64,000 bases of DNA from Takakia lepidozioides (lineage: Eukaryota; Plantae; Bryophyta): NCBI GenBank assembly GCA_030704615.1, contig CM060733.1, forward strand, positions 29,202,001-29,266,000, given 5' to 3'. Of the stretch, positions 26,902-38,188 are shown piece after piece. The notes beneath the pieces are model-generated. The model saw only the letters and a program-made list of their open reading frames with translations, made no database searches and had not been told where the DNA came from. The position numbers and the translations under genes were made by a program. The first letter of the stretch is position 1. Every line of letters starts with the position of its first letter.

Positions 26902-28825
26902 AGAATTTTGAGTTTATCACAGTAAAGTTTGGAGAAAAATGTTTCCAGGTTTGTCGGCATCTTACCTGCCGTAATAGTCACTAGAAATCCCCTTTCCTAC
27001 AAGGGGTTTTGATGGAGTCTACAAAAAATGTATATATATAATTTACAATGTTGGCACACCGGTTGGGACTAGCCTGTTGCGGCCCTTTCTTTGTAGCTAC
27101 CAGTATTTTATCGTTGTCAGGCTATTTACGGTGGGCTTGAAGATGCTCTTAGAGTATCTCCTGCAGCACGGTAAAGACTTTTACCCCAGGTTGTTTGCAT
27201 CGATGGCATCCTATTCCAAAGGGTGACATCAATATGTCAGTCCAAATTAATATATTTGTAGTGAATATACGGTATATGAAAAATCACTATATATAATAGA
27301 TATGAATCCATGGATATTAGAGAACCGATAGGGCAGTGTTTATTTTGAAGACTGCAACACCCTTCAACTTGCAAAAATGCTCCATATGAAGGGGAAAAAA
27401 AATCAGGGCCCCTCAAAAGAAAGGCCAGATAAAATCTGAACCTTTCATCATGAAGGGCTTAAGAAAAAAAAACTTGCAAATGAAAGTCTAGGTTTAATAA
27501 TGAAGGGTTCAGAGTCAAGGGTTCAAACTTCAAACCTCAAGGTACAGTGCTTAATAATGAAGCTACAAGTGCTTAAACCCATCTGTGCCCAAGTTGCGAT
27601 GGCCATTGGAGGTTCCAAATTCCAATGGCTATTGCAGTTTTGCAAATGTGCCAATTTCCATTGCCAATATTGCGTAAGCTTCAAAGCTATAGCATTGATG
27701 GTTTGTCCCGTCGAGACGCCCGTTACTTAGAACGACGCCGACTCTTGCGCTTAAATTCCCTCCAATTTCTTGATCCCTTTTCTGGCTTTCGATTGGCTGT
27801 AACCGCTGTGACTGGATTTTAGATTTAATTTTCTTTAGTGGGCTTTTCCTGCTGGACTGTCCACAGGATAACACATGTGACAAGAATTTCGCTTTTCTGT
27901 ACTTGTCGTTTGTTCTGTTACCCCTTTTCCGTATTCATTAATAGGCCCGCCATTCATCCGAATTGACGTGCTAAGTAGGTATTTTGACGGCCATTCTTGT
28001 CCTCTTTCTTGATGACATCTGTTCTTGCACTTCCTTCTCAGCTGTGTGTTGCGCCCTGACTTCCACATGTCCCTTTCTAAACTGGCTTCCGTCCTTTCTT
28101 CCGCCAGCAGCAAAATGTGTGTCATGTATGGCTATGGCTCTAAGTTCTTAGACCGTGTGACCTGCAGGCTGCCGTGCTGAAGCTTATCGTCCAGTCGGTT
28201 GAGGTTAAGTAAAGTGGTGGAGTTTAGAGTTTGTGGAGACATTATGGAGAGAATGTGAGCGGAAGTCTAAGTTTTGTCAGATGCTTGGGCATACTGTTGC
28301 GTTTCAGATGAGTTTCGCTTGGCCTACTTTGATTAACCTTTGGTAGAGGGTGTTGGTTATTCCTGCCAGCGCAAGTGAAGAGTGACAGATTGAAGTTGAC
28401 TTTGGATGCATTGATGCGAGTTTCATGTGGGCTTGAAGTGGAGGCTATGGATTGGACTGCCATTTTTGAGATTTGGAATGGCATGAAGAACAGTATAGCT
28501 ATTCCATTGGAAATAGATTCAAATTGAAATTCGAGTCTCATAACTTTTATCGTATGTGGACTTGTGGAATGTGAAAAGACTTCCATTTCAAGTGTATTGT
28601 ACAGCAATGTTTTTTTTTTATGTTACATGCATACTCACCAAATGGCCGCCAAAAAAAATTGAAGGGCTGATTTCTTAGGAAACTTGCAAATGCAAGTCTA
28701 AGGTGCTCTTAAAAAGTAAACACTCGATAGTGGAAGATCTAACGGTGAATTGTTTTCGTTTTTACCCCGGATAAAATTGATAAGATGCCCCACATCCAGG
28801 GCATCCCATTCACTTGGAAGTGAGT

Positions 28826-29785
28826 AGATTAACGAGCACAGAAAGGCTCCATCAGTGGAAAAAGGGAATAGGGATACACCAAAAGACTTTGTTGATGTGT
28901 TGCTCACCATGCCTACACAAGATGGAACTCATCATCTCTCCGATGTAACCATACATGCTGTGATCCTGGTAAGTTTTGATTAATATTAATGTAATCCACT
29001 AAATTGTTTATGATCACTTGAGCATCATCATCGACAGCTCGTCCCGAATAAGTTACAGTACTAGTGAAAGTTAAATGCAAGATCTATTCCCAAAAAATCT
29101 GGCTTCAGGTAGAGAGCTAGCTTTTTGAGATCAAAACTATTGTATTCATGTGTTGCTGGACATGTTGGCTGCTGGATCGGAGACATCGGCGGTCACAACA
29201 GAATGGGCACTGGCCGAGCTTCTTCGCCACCCTCATATGATGAGGCGCGTACAAGCTGAACTACATGCTGTAGTTGGAACCACTCGGCTTGTCGAGGAAT
29301 CAGACCTTCCAAATCTCGAGTACCTACTGCTGTAATAAAAGAGAACTACCGCCTTCACCCCGTGGGTCCATTGCTGGTTCCCCACGAGTCTCGTGAGACA
29401 TGCGAAGTTGCTGGTTATATTCTGCCAGCCAAAACCCGTCTGATCGTCAATCCATGGGCAATAGGCCGGGATCCTTCTAGCTGGGAAAGACCTCTTGAGT
29501 TTGATCCAGAAAGATTCATGGAGCATCCTGAGCTTGATGTGAAAGGCCAACACTTCCAGCTTTTGCCTTTTGGAACCGGAAGAAGAGGATGCCCGGGAAT
29601 GCCACTGGCACTTGTCATGGTTCAGATAATGCTTGCTCGCCTTGTTCAGAGCTTCGACTGGTCTCTTCCAAATGGGCAGGACCCCACCACTTTGGACGTC
29701 AGAGAAATACGGACTGACACTTCCCAGAGCAAAACCATTGCATGTTGTGGCACACCAAAGGTTGCCTGCCCATTTGTATGAGTAA
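28826..29785 (+). pseudogene. Cytochrome P450 (CYP71 clan) pseudogene, 5' half missing
   Basis: KDFVDVLL...IHAVIL, then GT intron with acceptor mutated to CTG at 29156-29158. DMLAAGSETS, ExxR region frameshifted near 29327, [14 protein letters not shown] heme motif, second frameshift near 29700, TAA at 29783-29785. Confidence 0.88.
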
Positions 29786-31041
29786 AGTTTCGTTGTTGGC
29801 AGAGCAACCTACGGGATGGCTTGCATTTAGTTCGACATACTCAACCCCATGATTGTGGTTGTACTTCTGCAGCAGCTTGTTTACACATATTTTCCGAGGG
29901 AGTCCCTGTAGAACTTGCAAACGAAAACTTCGGTCTGCGTCTTCTCGCTTTCACACGACTAAATAGTGCGTCGTACCTACCCCTGAAGACTATTGCTCTT
30001 GAACAATCCCCCTCCACTCATACTTGAACTATAGAGGAAGAGCAACAGATTGGCAGAGCGAGTCTTACGCAAGAACTCTTTGTTGGTGGCATGTCTTGCA
30101 CACTGTCACATTGAGTGTCACATAGGGTCAGTAAAATTAACGTAATCAAACGGTAACATCTAGAGAAGGAATCACACATGTACATTAAGTTAAAGTCTGT
30201 CTTTTGTAAATGGATTGTCACAGTTTGAACATTATATGTATTTATTCCGGAATCCGGGGAGCTTTGGTGGCAATTGCAACAGCCAACATAACATAGGCCA
30301 ACATGGCATTGAAGAGTTTTCCAATCTCTGAAACTCAAGAGTCAAGCCAAACTCACAGTTGGCCGGAACAGGGGTGAAGTGCCCAACAGCAGCCCACCAT
30401 TCCAGCAAGGCCAACTTTAGTCTGCATCTCTGAGACAGTATTGAAACTGCCCCCTCACTGCTTAGCAGCTGCCAAATCTGGGCTTTCTGAAGCACATCCA
30501 AGTTGTTGAGCAGTACATTCTCCTGTGGCACGCTTTGGCATAGGAAGAATCTGTGCTTTGATTTCTTGTGTCCCCCATCATAGAGAATACACAACATGCT
30601 ATCTTTCTATGTCGCAGAAGGGCTCTTGTCCACTTCTGCTAGTGAGAGAGGCTTTGACTGCGTGGCTGAAAAATCCACCTCTTTGAATGCCTACCAGAGT
30701 TCAACATTTCTGAGCTTCCAAAAAACAATCTAGTTTCTGTACAACAGATTCAACGTCCCCCGGGGTTGCTCCAAAATGGCTTAGCCTTTCCACAATCTGG
30801 TTCTCTCTAGGCATGTAATGCTAGAGTAGAATTTTAGGGAAATTTTCACTTTGGCTCTCCTTCCTAGATGAGACTTCCGTATCAGACCTCATACAGACAG
30901 CATAATGCTCATTTATGGAAATCACCTAGCATGGGCACTCCAACACTCAAAGATAGACCGCAATTGTCAGTCATGACCTCAGCTAAGCTTTCACCAAGAG
31001 TTTGTCCAAAAACAATGTCCTGCGCAAATGGTACCTCTCCA

Positions 31042-32943
31042 CTAGTCCTGGATCATGTTCATGGCATCGTCCTCCTCATGCATAAAGTTTGTGGGATATT
31101 CCTCCTCCTCATCCTGCAACCATCTCTCAAGTTCATCTTCTTCCTCGTGGGAACGAGCATGGTAGTTGTGAAACTCATCATAGTCCCCCTGAAACATGTG
31201 ACCCAATTCAGCACCATTCCAATAGATATGAACAGAGGGACGGGTCTTGGCCAGAGCTTCCAAGACCTCGAGCCTCAGGTTCCGTCCCAGTCCCAGACCT
31301 ACCCAGCGCACCTTTGGAAAGTAAGGCTTTTTGAGCCACCCTAAGGCAACTGGACTCACCTTTCGGCAGTTCCACAAATCTAGGAGCCTCAATGTTGCAC
31401 CAAATCCTCTGTCCTTCATCTGTGCCGAAGCCAAGGCAATGACAGTAGTGTCTCCAATCAGGGGACAATCACGAAATCGGAGCTCCAGGATGTGCATTTG
31501 GCTGCGCACCATTGCCAATGTAACATTGTCAGTCAAGGCTGCAATTCCTGAAAGATCAAGTGACTCCAATGTGTCCACCAGTCCACCTGCCAGTAGAGCT
31601 GCTACACCATCATCAGTTATGCGTTGGCAGCCTCTGAGAGAAAGTGTCACCAAAGGTGTAACACCTTCCCCTAGCACCGCCAAGCCTTCATCACCCAAAT
31701 CTGCCCCGTTCAACGCCAGCACTTCCAATTTAGAGAGACACGAAATAGCCTTCAAGCCAGCATCCCCCACACTCTTGCAGCCTTTAAGGTTGAGCGATGT
31801 CAGCTTGGCACAGTATGCCAGATGTCTCACCGAGTAGTCGCTGAGAAGCCCACATGATGCAAGGGCAACGCGCTCCAGCCCCAGGGGTGTTGCGCGTAGG
31901 TCATGAAAAGCAAGGTCAGTAAGTTGTGGCGTATTGCTAAGCTCAAATGTGTGCAACTTCAAACAACTGTGTAGCACTGCCCTGCATCCAGCATCTGTGA
32001 TCCGTGAAAAGCCACCAAACCTGATGCTCTCCAAGTTCGGGCAGCTCTCTGCCATGAGGAACATGCCAAGATCATTGACCCGCTTGAACGATACAGGGTA
32101 GCAATCTTGACTTCGAACCAGAGACAGACGGCGCAAGGAATGACAACCCCCAACCTGCTGCACACCCCAATTGGTCAAGTCATAAGCCATCAAAGGTTCC
32201 TCTGATGGTTCATCCCGCAGCTCCAGTTCTAGGAGGCAGGATAGTGTCTGCGGAATGAGAGTCATGAGAGAATCTGTTATTCGATCCAGTTCCATACATA
32301 ATTTCTCCAGATGACAGCAGCTAAGCTCTGTGTCGAATCTCAAAACTTGCTTGGCCTCCCTTTCTGATACAAATCCCATCTCCAGCGTCTTCAGACTCGA
32401 AGCAACCAGCCGTGGTATTGAGGCATATGCACCGGAATCAAAGCAGGGTCCTTCAAAACGCAACGAGAGCGACTCCAGGAACCAACATCGTTGCAGCACT
32501 TGCTCCAAAGCTGTACTGAAGGCGTAAGTCTCCACCTTGTCCTCGTGCCAACCTAGGTCCAATGTCAACACCTTGAGAATGGTGCACCGCCGGGCAATCT
32601 CACCGAGCAAGTTGGCAGAAAAATTTTGGCAGCCGAAAAGGCACAGCGTTTCTAGCCTGGGCTTGATCAACACATCAACGCTTGCATCATCCAACTGACT
32701 GCAGTCTAGTGACAGACTCCGTAGGCTTGAATTTCCTGCTAGCAACCGCGCCACTAAGACCCCCTCTGTCCTCACATCTACCAGAGAAATTACAGGCAGC
32801 AGTGGCAGCACTTCCATCGCACAAGCTTGCAGAAGGCGGCAAGAAGCAGCGGCAGCACAGATAGATGCCGCATCCAGCCGTGCCATAATAGCCTGCACAA
32901 GCGCCCTTGGCAGATGGTCCATGGGGTTCTCCATTGCTGACAT
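31042..32943 (-). CDS. FBL10: F-box/LRR-repeat protein 10-like, single exon, 633 aa
   Basis: N-terminal F-box (LPRALVQAIMARLD) and cysteine-containing LRRs. Motifs LSLVRSQ..FKRVNDLGM..., TDLAFHD and PYFPKVRW are typical of this family. Confidence 0.85.
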   Translation of the reverse strand: MSAMENPMDHLPRALVQAIMARLDAASICAAAASCRLLQACAMEVLPLLPVISLVDVRTEGVLVARLLAGNSSLRSLSLDCSQLDDASVDVLIKPRLETLCLFGCQNFSANLLGEIARRCTILKVLTLDLGWHEDKVETYAFSTALEQVLQRCWFLESLSLRFEGPCFDSGAYASIPRLVASSLKTLEMGFVSEREAKQVLRFDTELSCCHLEKLCMELDRITDSLMTLIPQTLSCLLELELRDEPSEEPLMAYDLTNWGVQQVGGCHSLRRLSLVRSQDCYPVSFKRVNDLGMFLMAESCPNLESIRFGGFSRITDAGCRAVLHSCLKLHTFELSNTPQLTDLAFHDLRATPLGLERVALASCGLLSDYSVRHLAYCAKLTSLNLKGCKSVGDAGLKAISCLSKLEVLALNGADLGDEGLAVLGEGVTPLVTLSLRGCQRITDDGVAALLAGGLVDTLESLDLSGIAALTDNVTLAMVRSQMHILELRFRDCPLIGDTTVIALASAQMKDRGFGATLRLLDLWNCRKVSPVALGWLKKPYFPKVRWVGLGLGRNLRLEVLEALAKTRPSVHIYWNGAELGHMFQGDYDEFHNYHARSHEEEDELERWLQDEEEEYPTNFMHEEDDAMNMIQD

Positions 32944-33518
32944 GCCTGCTGCAAACGATCATTCTTCTCTAGTGAAAAGACGGAATCTCTTCCTCATCAT
33001 ACCAGACGAGAGTCCTTTGACATGGCGTACTTCTCCTAATACAAAGGCTTCTTCCTGCAATACGCGTGCTTACAAAGCTGTAATATGCCAGAGCAGAAGC
33101 TCAACAACACCCCATAACCTACATCATGTGCGAAGCTTTCCCTACAAAAGTTAAAACGGGATGAAGGTACAGGAATAGAACATCTCAGAAACCCACACAC
33201 GAGACCCCAAGAAAGAAGGAGAAATGCGACGGGCGGAAGCCGTGGGGGATGTACGCATCTTGGCACCCACTGTATGTCTATGCGCATGGCTTCCTTTCTT
33301 CTCTACACAATCGAAGGCGTTGAGTGTCTCGAAATGGGCGGCGCAAAACAATGACAACCAAATGAAATTCGTGCGGCAGGGCCGTATGCAATTGGACCGT
33401 CAGCCTGGAAAGGGAATCGTGGGGCTAGAGAGTCGAGAGAGAAAGAGAGAGAGACACACACACCTTGAGAAGGGGGATGTGAAAAGCCGTGTAGAAAGTT
33501 GAAGTAGTGATCAAAATC
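32944..33518. promoter_or_regulatory. Probable bidirectional promoter / 5' UTRs between FBL10-like and MOCS3
   Basis: 575 bp between two divergent start codons, with a GA-rich tract at ~33425-33455. Confidence 0.55.
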
Positions 33519-34922
33519 ATGGAGGACTTAGCAGGAGAGGTACATGAGTTGCGCCTCGAGAATGCTCGTCTCCAAGAGCAAATTGTTCTTCTCTTGCGAG
33601 ATCAAAGCCCGATTGTGTCTGTGCAAGATTCGCAGTCTCATGTGCTGGAGGATGGAAGCGCCCAACAACGGCCGGAGCAGAATGGTCTTCTGACGGGACG
33701 CGAGGTTGCCTGGGTTGCAGGGGGAGGCCATAGTCTGACCGAGCGGCACATCCAGCGATACAGTCGCCAGCTTCTCCTACCCTCCTTCGGAATTGAAGGG
33801 CAATCAAGGCTTGACAAATCTTCAGTGCTTGTTGTCGGCGCTGGAGGTCTTGGGTCGCCGATCCTGCTCTATCTTGCCGCGGGTGGTATTGGATGCCTGG
33901 GTGTGATGGACCATGATGTAGTCGAGCTTCACAATCTGCACCGGCAGGTGATTCACACAGAAGCAGGTATCGGGGAATCGAAGGTCAAGTCGGCTGCGTC
34001 AGCGTGCCGCGCAATCAACTCATCTCTTCAGGTGCGAGAATACCCTTTTGGTTTGAAGGCAGCCAATGCCTTGGAGATCATCTCAGGGTATGACGTTGTT
34101 GTGGATGCAACTGACAATGTGGGCACGCGCTACCTCATCAGCGATGCTTGTGTGGTATTAGGCAAGCCGCTAGTGTCTGGAGCAGCCCTGGGAATGGAGG
34201 GGCAGGTGACAGTTTACAATCACTCGCAGGGACCATGCTATCGCTGCTTGTTCCCGTTGCCACCCCCTCAGACAGCATGCCAGAGCTGTTCAGATGGCGG
34301 TGTTCTCGGCGTTGTGCCGGGTATCATAGGATGTTTGCAGGCATTGGAAGCCATCAAGCTTGTTACGGGAGTAGGCGAGCCGCTCACAGCTCGAATGCTC
34401 ATCTTCGACGCCTTTCCAACCCGCGTTCACACAGTCAAGTTGAGGGGGAGGAATCCAAATTGTGTGGCATGTGGGGACAATCCACAGATCAATAGAACCA
34501 CGCTGCCCACCTTTGATTACGAGGCCTTCACGTCGTCACCCCTCTCAGATGCTGCTCCCCAAAGGCAGCAACTGGTGAGGAAGGAACATTCAGTGACATG
34601 CAAGGAGTACCAGGCGCTTGCCAAGATGGAGGGAGGAGTCCATGTGTTGTTAGATGTCCGAGAACAGCATCAATACGCCATAGCCGCACTTTCTAATTCC
34701 CTCAACATCCCCTTATCCCTCTTGCCACATCAATTGGACAGGGTCCATAGTGCAAACGTGGGGAGAGAGGATCTGCCAGTGTATGTTATATGCCGGAGGG
34801 GCAACGATTCACAGAAAGCCGTGCAATTGCTTCGGGATGCTGGATTTGCATCAGCGTATGATGTTACTGGGGGCCTGCAGTCCTGGGTCATGGATGTAGA
34901 CCCCAATTTTCCAGCGGTCTGA
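33519..34922 (+). CDS. MOCS3: Adenylyltransferase and sulfurtransferase MOCS3/UBA4 (CNX5), single exon
   Basis: RYSRQLLL, GAGGLG, NLHRQ, CYRC...C..C, and C-terminal rhodanese with CRRGNDS. ATG at 33519 (the ORF track starts at an upstream GTG). Confidence 0.95.
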   Translation: MEDLAGEVHELRLENARLQEQIVLLLRDQSPIVSVQDSQSHVLEDGSAQQRPEQNGLLTGREVAWVAGGGHSLTERHIQRYSRQLLLPSFGIEGQSRLDKSSVLVVGAGGLGSPILLYLAAGGIGCLGVMDHDVVELHNLHRQVIHTEAGIGESKVKSAASACRAINSSLQVREYPFGLKAANALEIISGYDVVVDATDNVGTRYLISDACVVLGKPLVSGAALGMEGQVTVYNHSQGPCYRCLFPLPPPQTACQSCSDGGVLGVVPGIIGCLQALEAIKLVTGVGEPLTARMLIFDAFPTRVHTVKLRGRNPNCVACGDNPQINRTTLPTFDYEAFTSSPLSDAAPQRQQLVRKEHSVTCKEYQALAKMEGGVHVLLDVREQHQYAIAALSNSLNIPLSLLPHQLDRVHSANVGREDLPVYVICRRGNDSQKAVQLLRDAGFASAYDVTGGLQSWVMDVDPNFPAV

Positions 34923-35015
34923 TTGCCCTTCTCTCTAAACACAAATTCCTCTTCATCAAGCTAGAGGGATCACCGATGTTTTGATGGCCCACCAACGACA
35001 GCATTTCTATACAGG

Positions 35016-35975
35016 CATCTGCAATATGGGTTGATAACTCCAACCAGGCTAAGTCTCTAGAATTTATTCGAGTGGGGGTGCTTAAGGAGTGCATGTCAGC
35101 ATGCTCCCAAACAGCCAGTGTGGCTGTTCAGGGTGAGTTTGGCATCCCTTCTTTAAGCTCCCGACGAGATGAATTCAAGGTCAGATGGTGGGGTCAGCTG
35201 CAACATATGTCCAACATCAGATATTCTACGTTAATCGACTCTATATCTTGGAAACAGGATCGCCCTGTCAAACAGGCTAAGTCCCGGTGGAAGAGAGTAG
35301 AAGAGATTCTCCAGGATCTTAATCCGCAAGTCTTGACCCTGCTGGATAATTCTGACTGAGAGGCTGTAGTGTCCAAAGCCATGTCTGTTGCCAGGAAATT
35401 GTCTGACAAAAATGAAGTTAGGCAGAAAACTTCCCTGAACTTGTTTCCAGTCTGTGACATGGGGGAGGACATCATGGATGACCTCAAGGGTCTACCCACT
35501 CTCGGCACTAGACTGAAATTTAAACTCAGGGCGGGAAGCCTACCTTTGAACAGCAAACAGAAGCAGAGAGGAAAGGGAGAGTGCAATTGCCCTTTGTGTG
35601 GGCAACCTGAAGACAATATTCATTTTCTGATTCATTGTCCGGGGTTCTCTCACCAGAGAGACACCCTCCTCAAATCTATCAAGGGAATTGTGCCTGTACC
35701 TCTGTTTACCAACTTTGAAAGTCTTGAGGCTGAGCCAAAAGCCCAGGCCCTTTTGAGGCCTAGTTATTGGGCAAACCACACACAGCAGATTGATGCTTGT
35801 GTGAAGGGATTTCTGAGGATATCTGGAAAACACAGATCCATTGTTTATTCCAAGGTAAGTCTTACTACCAGGTCAGCCTCTGACAAAGGTAGGTTGTGTC
35901 CCTGTGTTCCGCTCAAACTGGGCGCGGAGTCAATGGCCACAAGGCTACGGCAAACTATGTCTTATGATACATTCT
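35016..35975 (+). mobile_element. LINE family A, 5'-truncated copy just 3' of MOCS3
   Basis: Same ORF remnant and tail as 21163-22132, with CNCPLCGQPEDNIHFLIHC. TSD ttctatacagg at 35005-35015 and 35972-35982. Confidence 0.9.
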
Positions 35976-36557
35976 ATACAGGTACACCTTCAATAGTGCA
36001 TGAATAGTGCCGTTGTTGCTTTGTTTTGAAATACTCTTATTCTTGTTTCCAGCAAACAATATTGCAATAACAGAAGTTTTCAATATTTTTTTGCATTGGT
36101 CACTGCTGAGAACTCAGAGTGTCTGGTTTGGGTTCGGCCGGTCCACCACATTGTAAGCATGACATCTCCTTACGAGACTATGTACCTGGAGGCTTGAAGG
36201 AGTGGGTTGGTTACCTTGTTAAGTTTTAAAGTGCCACCTTGAATGCTTCAAAAGGTCTAGGACATTAGGCAAGGTCTGACTGGGATCCACCAGTCCTGTG
36301 ATATCAAGCTTTGGCATTGAAATAATGACAATGCAAGCTGAATTAAACCCACTGCTTGCTTTAATCATCAATGGTTGTAATCTTGCAGAGGAAGAGGCTG
36401 ATGGTCACTGGCTTTTTGAGTGGACAAGAGCTGGTGGTGAGGCAGCAGGGAGTGGATGCCATGCAAGTATCCTTACACCAGTGCAAATAGCATTTTTCCA
36501 TGAACTTTGCAGTCTCCCGTCTTATAACAGGCCTAACGCAAGTGCTTGATTGCTTAT

Positions 36558-36858
36558 GCCAGAAATAAAAGCTTCATTTCATGTGCTATCTGCCAAGATT
36601 TTGAAATCTGAAGTCTCTCCTTTTTCATCACCGTCATGGCCTTTCTCACATCTTACACAACTGGTTGCAGTTGTAAATTCAGTGTGTTTTGTTGGATTGA
36701 AAGCAGAAATAAAAGCTTCATTTCATGTGCTATCTGCCAAGATTTTGAAATCCGAAGTCTTTTTTTTATCATCACCGACATGGGATTTCTCACATTTTAC
36801 CCAATTGGTTGCAGTTGGGGTTGCAGTTATAAATTGAGTGTGTTTTGTTGGATTGAAA
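36558..36858. repeat. Tandem duplication, ~144-bp unit x2
   Basis: cagaaataaaagcttcatttcatgtgctatctgccaagattttgaaatc at 36560 and 36704. Confidence 0.8.
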
Positions 36859-37092
36859 TGAGCCAAGATCATCATGTAGTAAGAAAAATCGGTGGCATCA
36901 CACAATTGCACTCACCTTTTCAGCTATGGAAGATAGAGAACAAGAACAGTAGTGAAACGATCAGAGCAGATAAGGTACAAAACAGAGACAGATTTAAGTG
37001 TTGCTGTTACAATGTCGCCGGAATACCATGTGGCAGATGAAATTAAATAAGAAAGAATTGTGTTTATGATGAGCATAAGTACTTTGTGATGC

Positions 37093-37737
37093 ATTAATAG
37101 CGTCTTGAATGCTGAAGCGTGTGGCCTGTGGGCCCCGCCACATCCAAACAACGGGTCACCCCCACCATGGCCTGGTCCACGCCCTAGGGTCTGCCGCTAC
37201 TGCTACCTTATCCCGGACTTCGAATTTTGTAGAGACTTTATGAGTCTTTCCAAGTCCAAAAATGATTGGTTAAGCTCCATCTCAGCATACTGCGATGTTA
37301 TATAAACTCTGAACCCGTGAGTGGTTAAGCTCCATCTCAGCATACTGTGCTGTTATATAAACTCTGAACCCATGAGCGGTTAAGCTCCATCTCAGCATAC
37401 TGTGCTGTTATAAAAACTTTGAACCCGTGACGGCTGCGTTCACAGGAATTGTACCTAACCACTAGAATTCCTTCCACTTTCTACTCAGTTTCCAAACTTT
37501 TATTGCTTTATTCCAGATTTCAACCTTGGAATAGCGTATGCGCCTACAGAGAGCCCCTCCTTCGGCTCTGCCGGTCTGCGGGTCTACAAGTCTGCCGATG
37601 GGGCATGAGGAGACCCTCCATACTGCAGACCATCCCATCCCTGCAGACCCATGGGGCGGGTGGCGTGGGGCAGACCCTCTCCTTTTGGCGGGCCGCACCA
37701 TGTGTAGGCCCCGCTATGCATTCAAGACGCTATTAAT
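37093..37737. mobile_element. MITE-like element with 20-bp inverted ends and internal 55-bp tandem repeat x3
   Basis: attaatagcgtcttgaatgc (37093-37112) and gcattcaagacgctattaat (37718-37737). Repeat units start at 37268, 37323 and 37378. Confidence 0.8.
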
Positions 37738-37774
37738 CTAAAATGAACAGGTAGCCCATGCAGCCAGGAAGCAC

Positions 37775-38188
37775 TATACAACAGGGAGGAACTGCAATTC
37801 ACATACCTTGTGGAAAGGGGGATTAGAGACAGATTTACAACATGTGTGGTTGTGAGTTTTCATCACGGAGGTGCCACCAGTTGCTGAGGAGAGTGCCGGT
37901 ATGAGCACCAGCGATACTAGTGGGTATACAAGACGAGGTGCGCGGTTTAGGCCACCTTCACCTTCAGTGTCTTCTGAGGAAGGTTCAGACTTAGAATTAG
38001 GAGGATTCTCGCCGAGGGTGCAAGCCATTTCCGTGCCATTGTTGTGGGATACGATGGAGGAAATGTATGGAGCTACCAAGGGGCCACGTTGGTACTCTGG
38101 AGCTGTAGGCACCATCGAGCTTGATAATTTCATACAGGAGTTTGATAGTTGGTGTGATTTGCAGCAGATGCGCAATCCACAACTGTTC
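37775..38188 (+). mobile_element. Gag-like N-terminal fragment of a probable LTR retrotransposon
   Basis: ...GPRWYSGAVGTIELDNFIQEFDSWCDLQQMRNPQLF, homologous to 55640-56335 (-). Ends abruptly at CACTA sequence. Confidence 0.55.

Noticed and set aside
33519-35975. MOCS3 as a LINE-chimeric retrogene
   Set aside because: The downstream LINE has its own TSD (ttctatacagg) that excludes MOCS3, so it inserted independently.
37268-37430. CRISPR-like regular repeats
   Set aside because: The units are contiguous 55-bp tandem copies with no unique spacers, there are no cas genes, and the context is eukaryotic.
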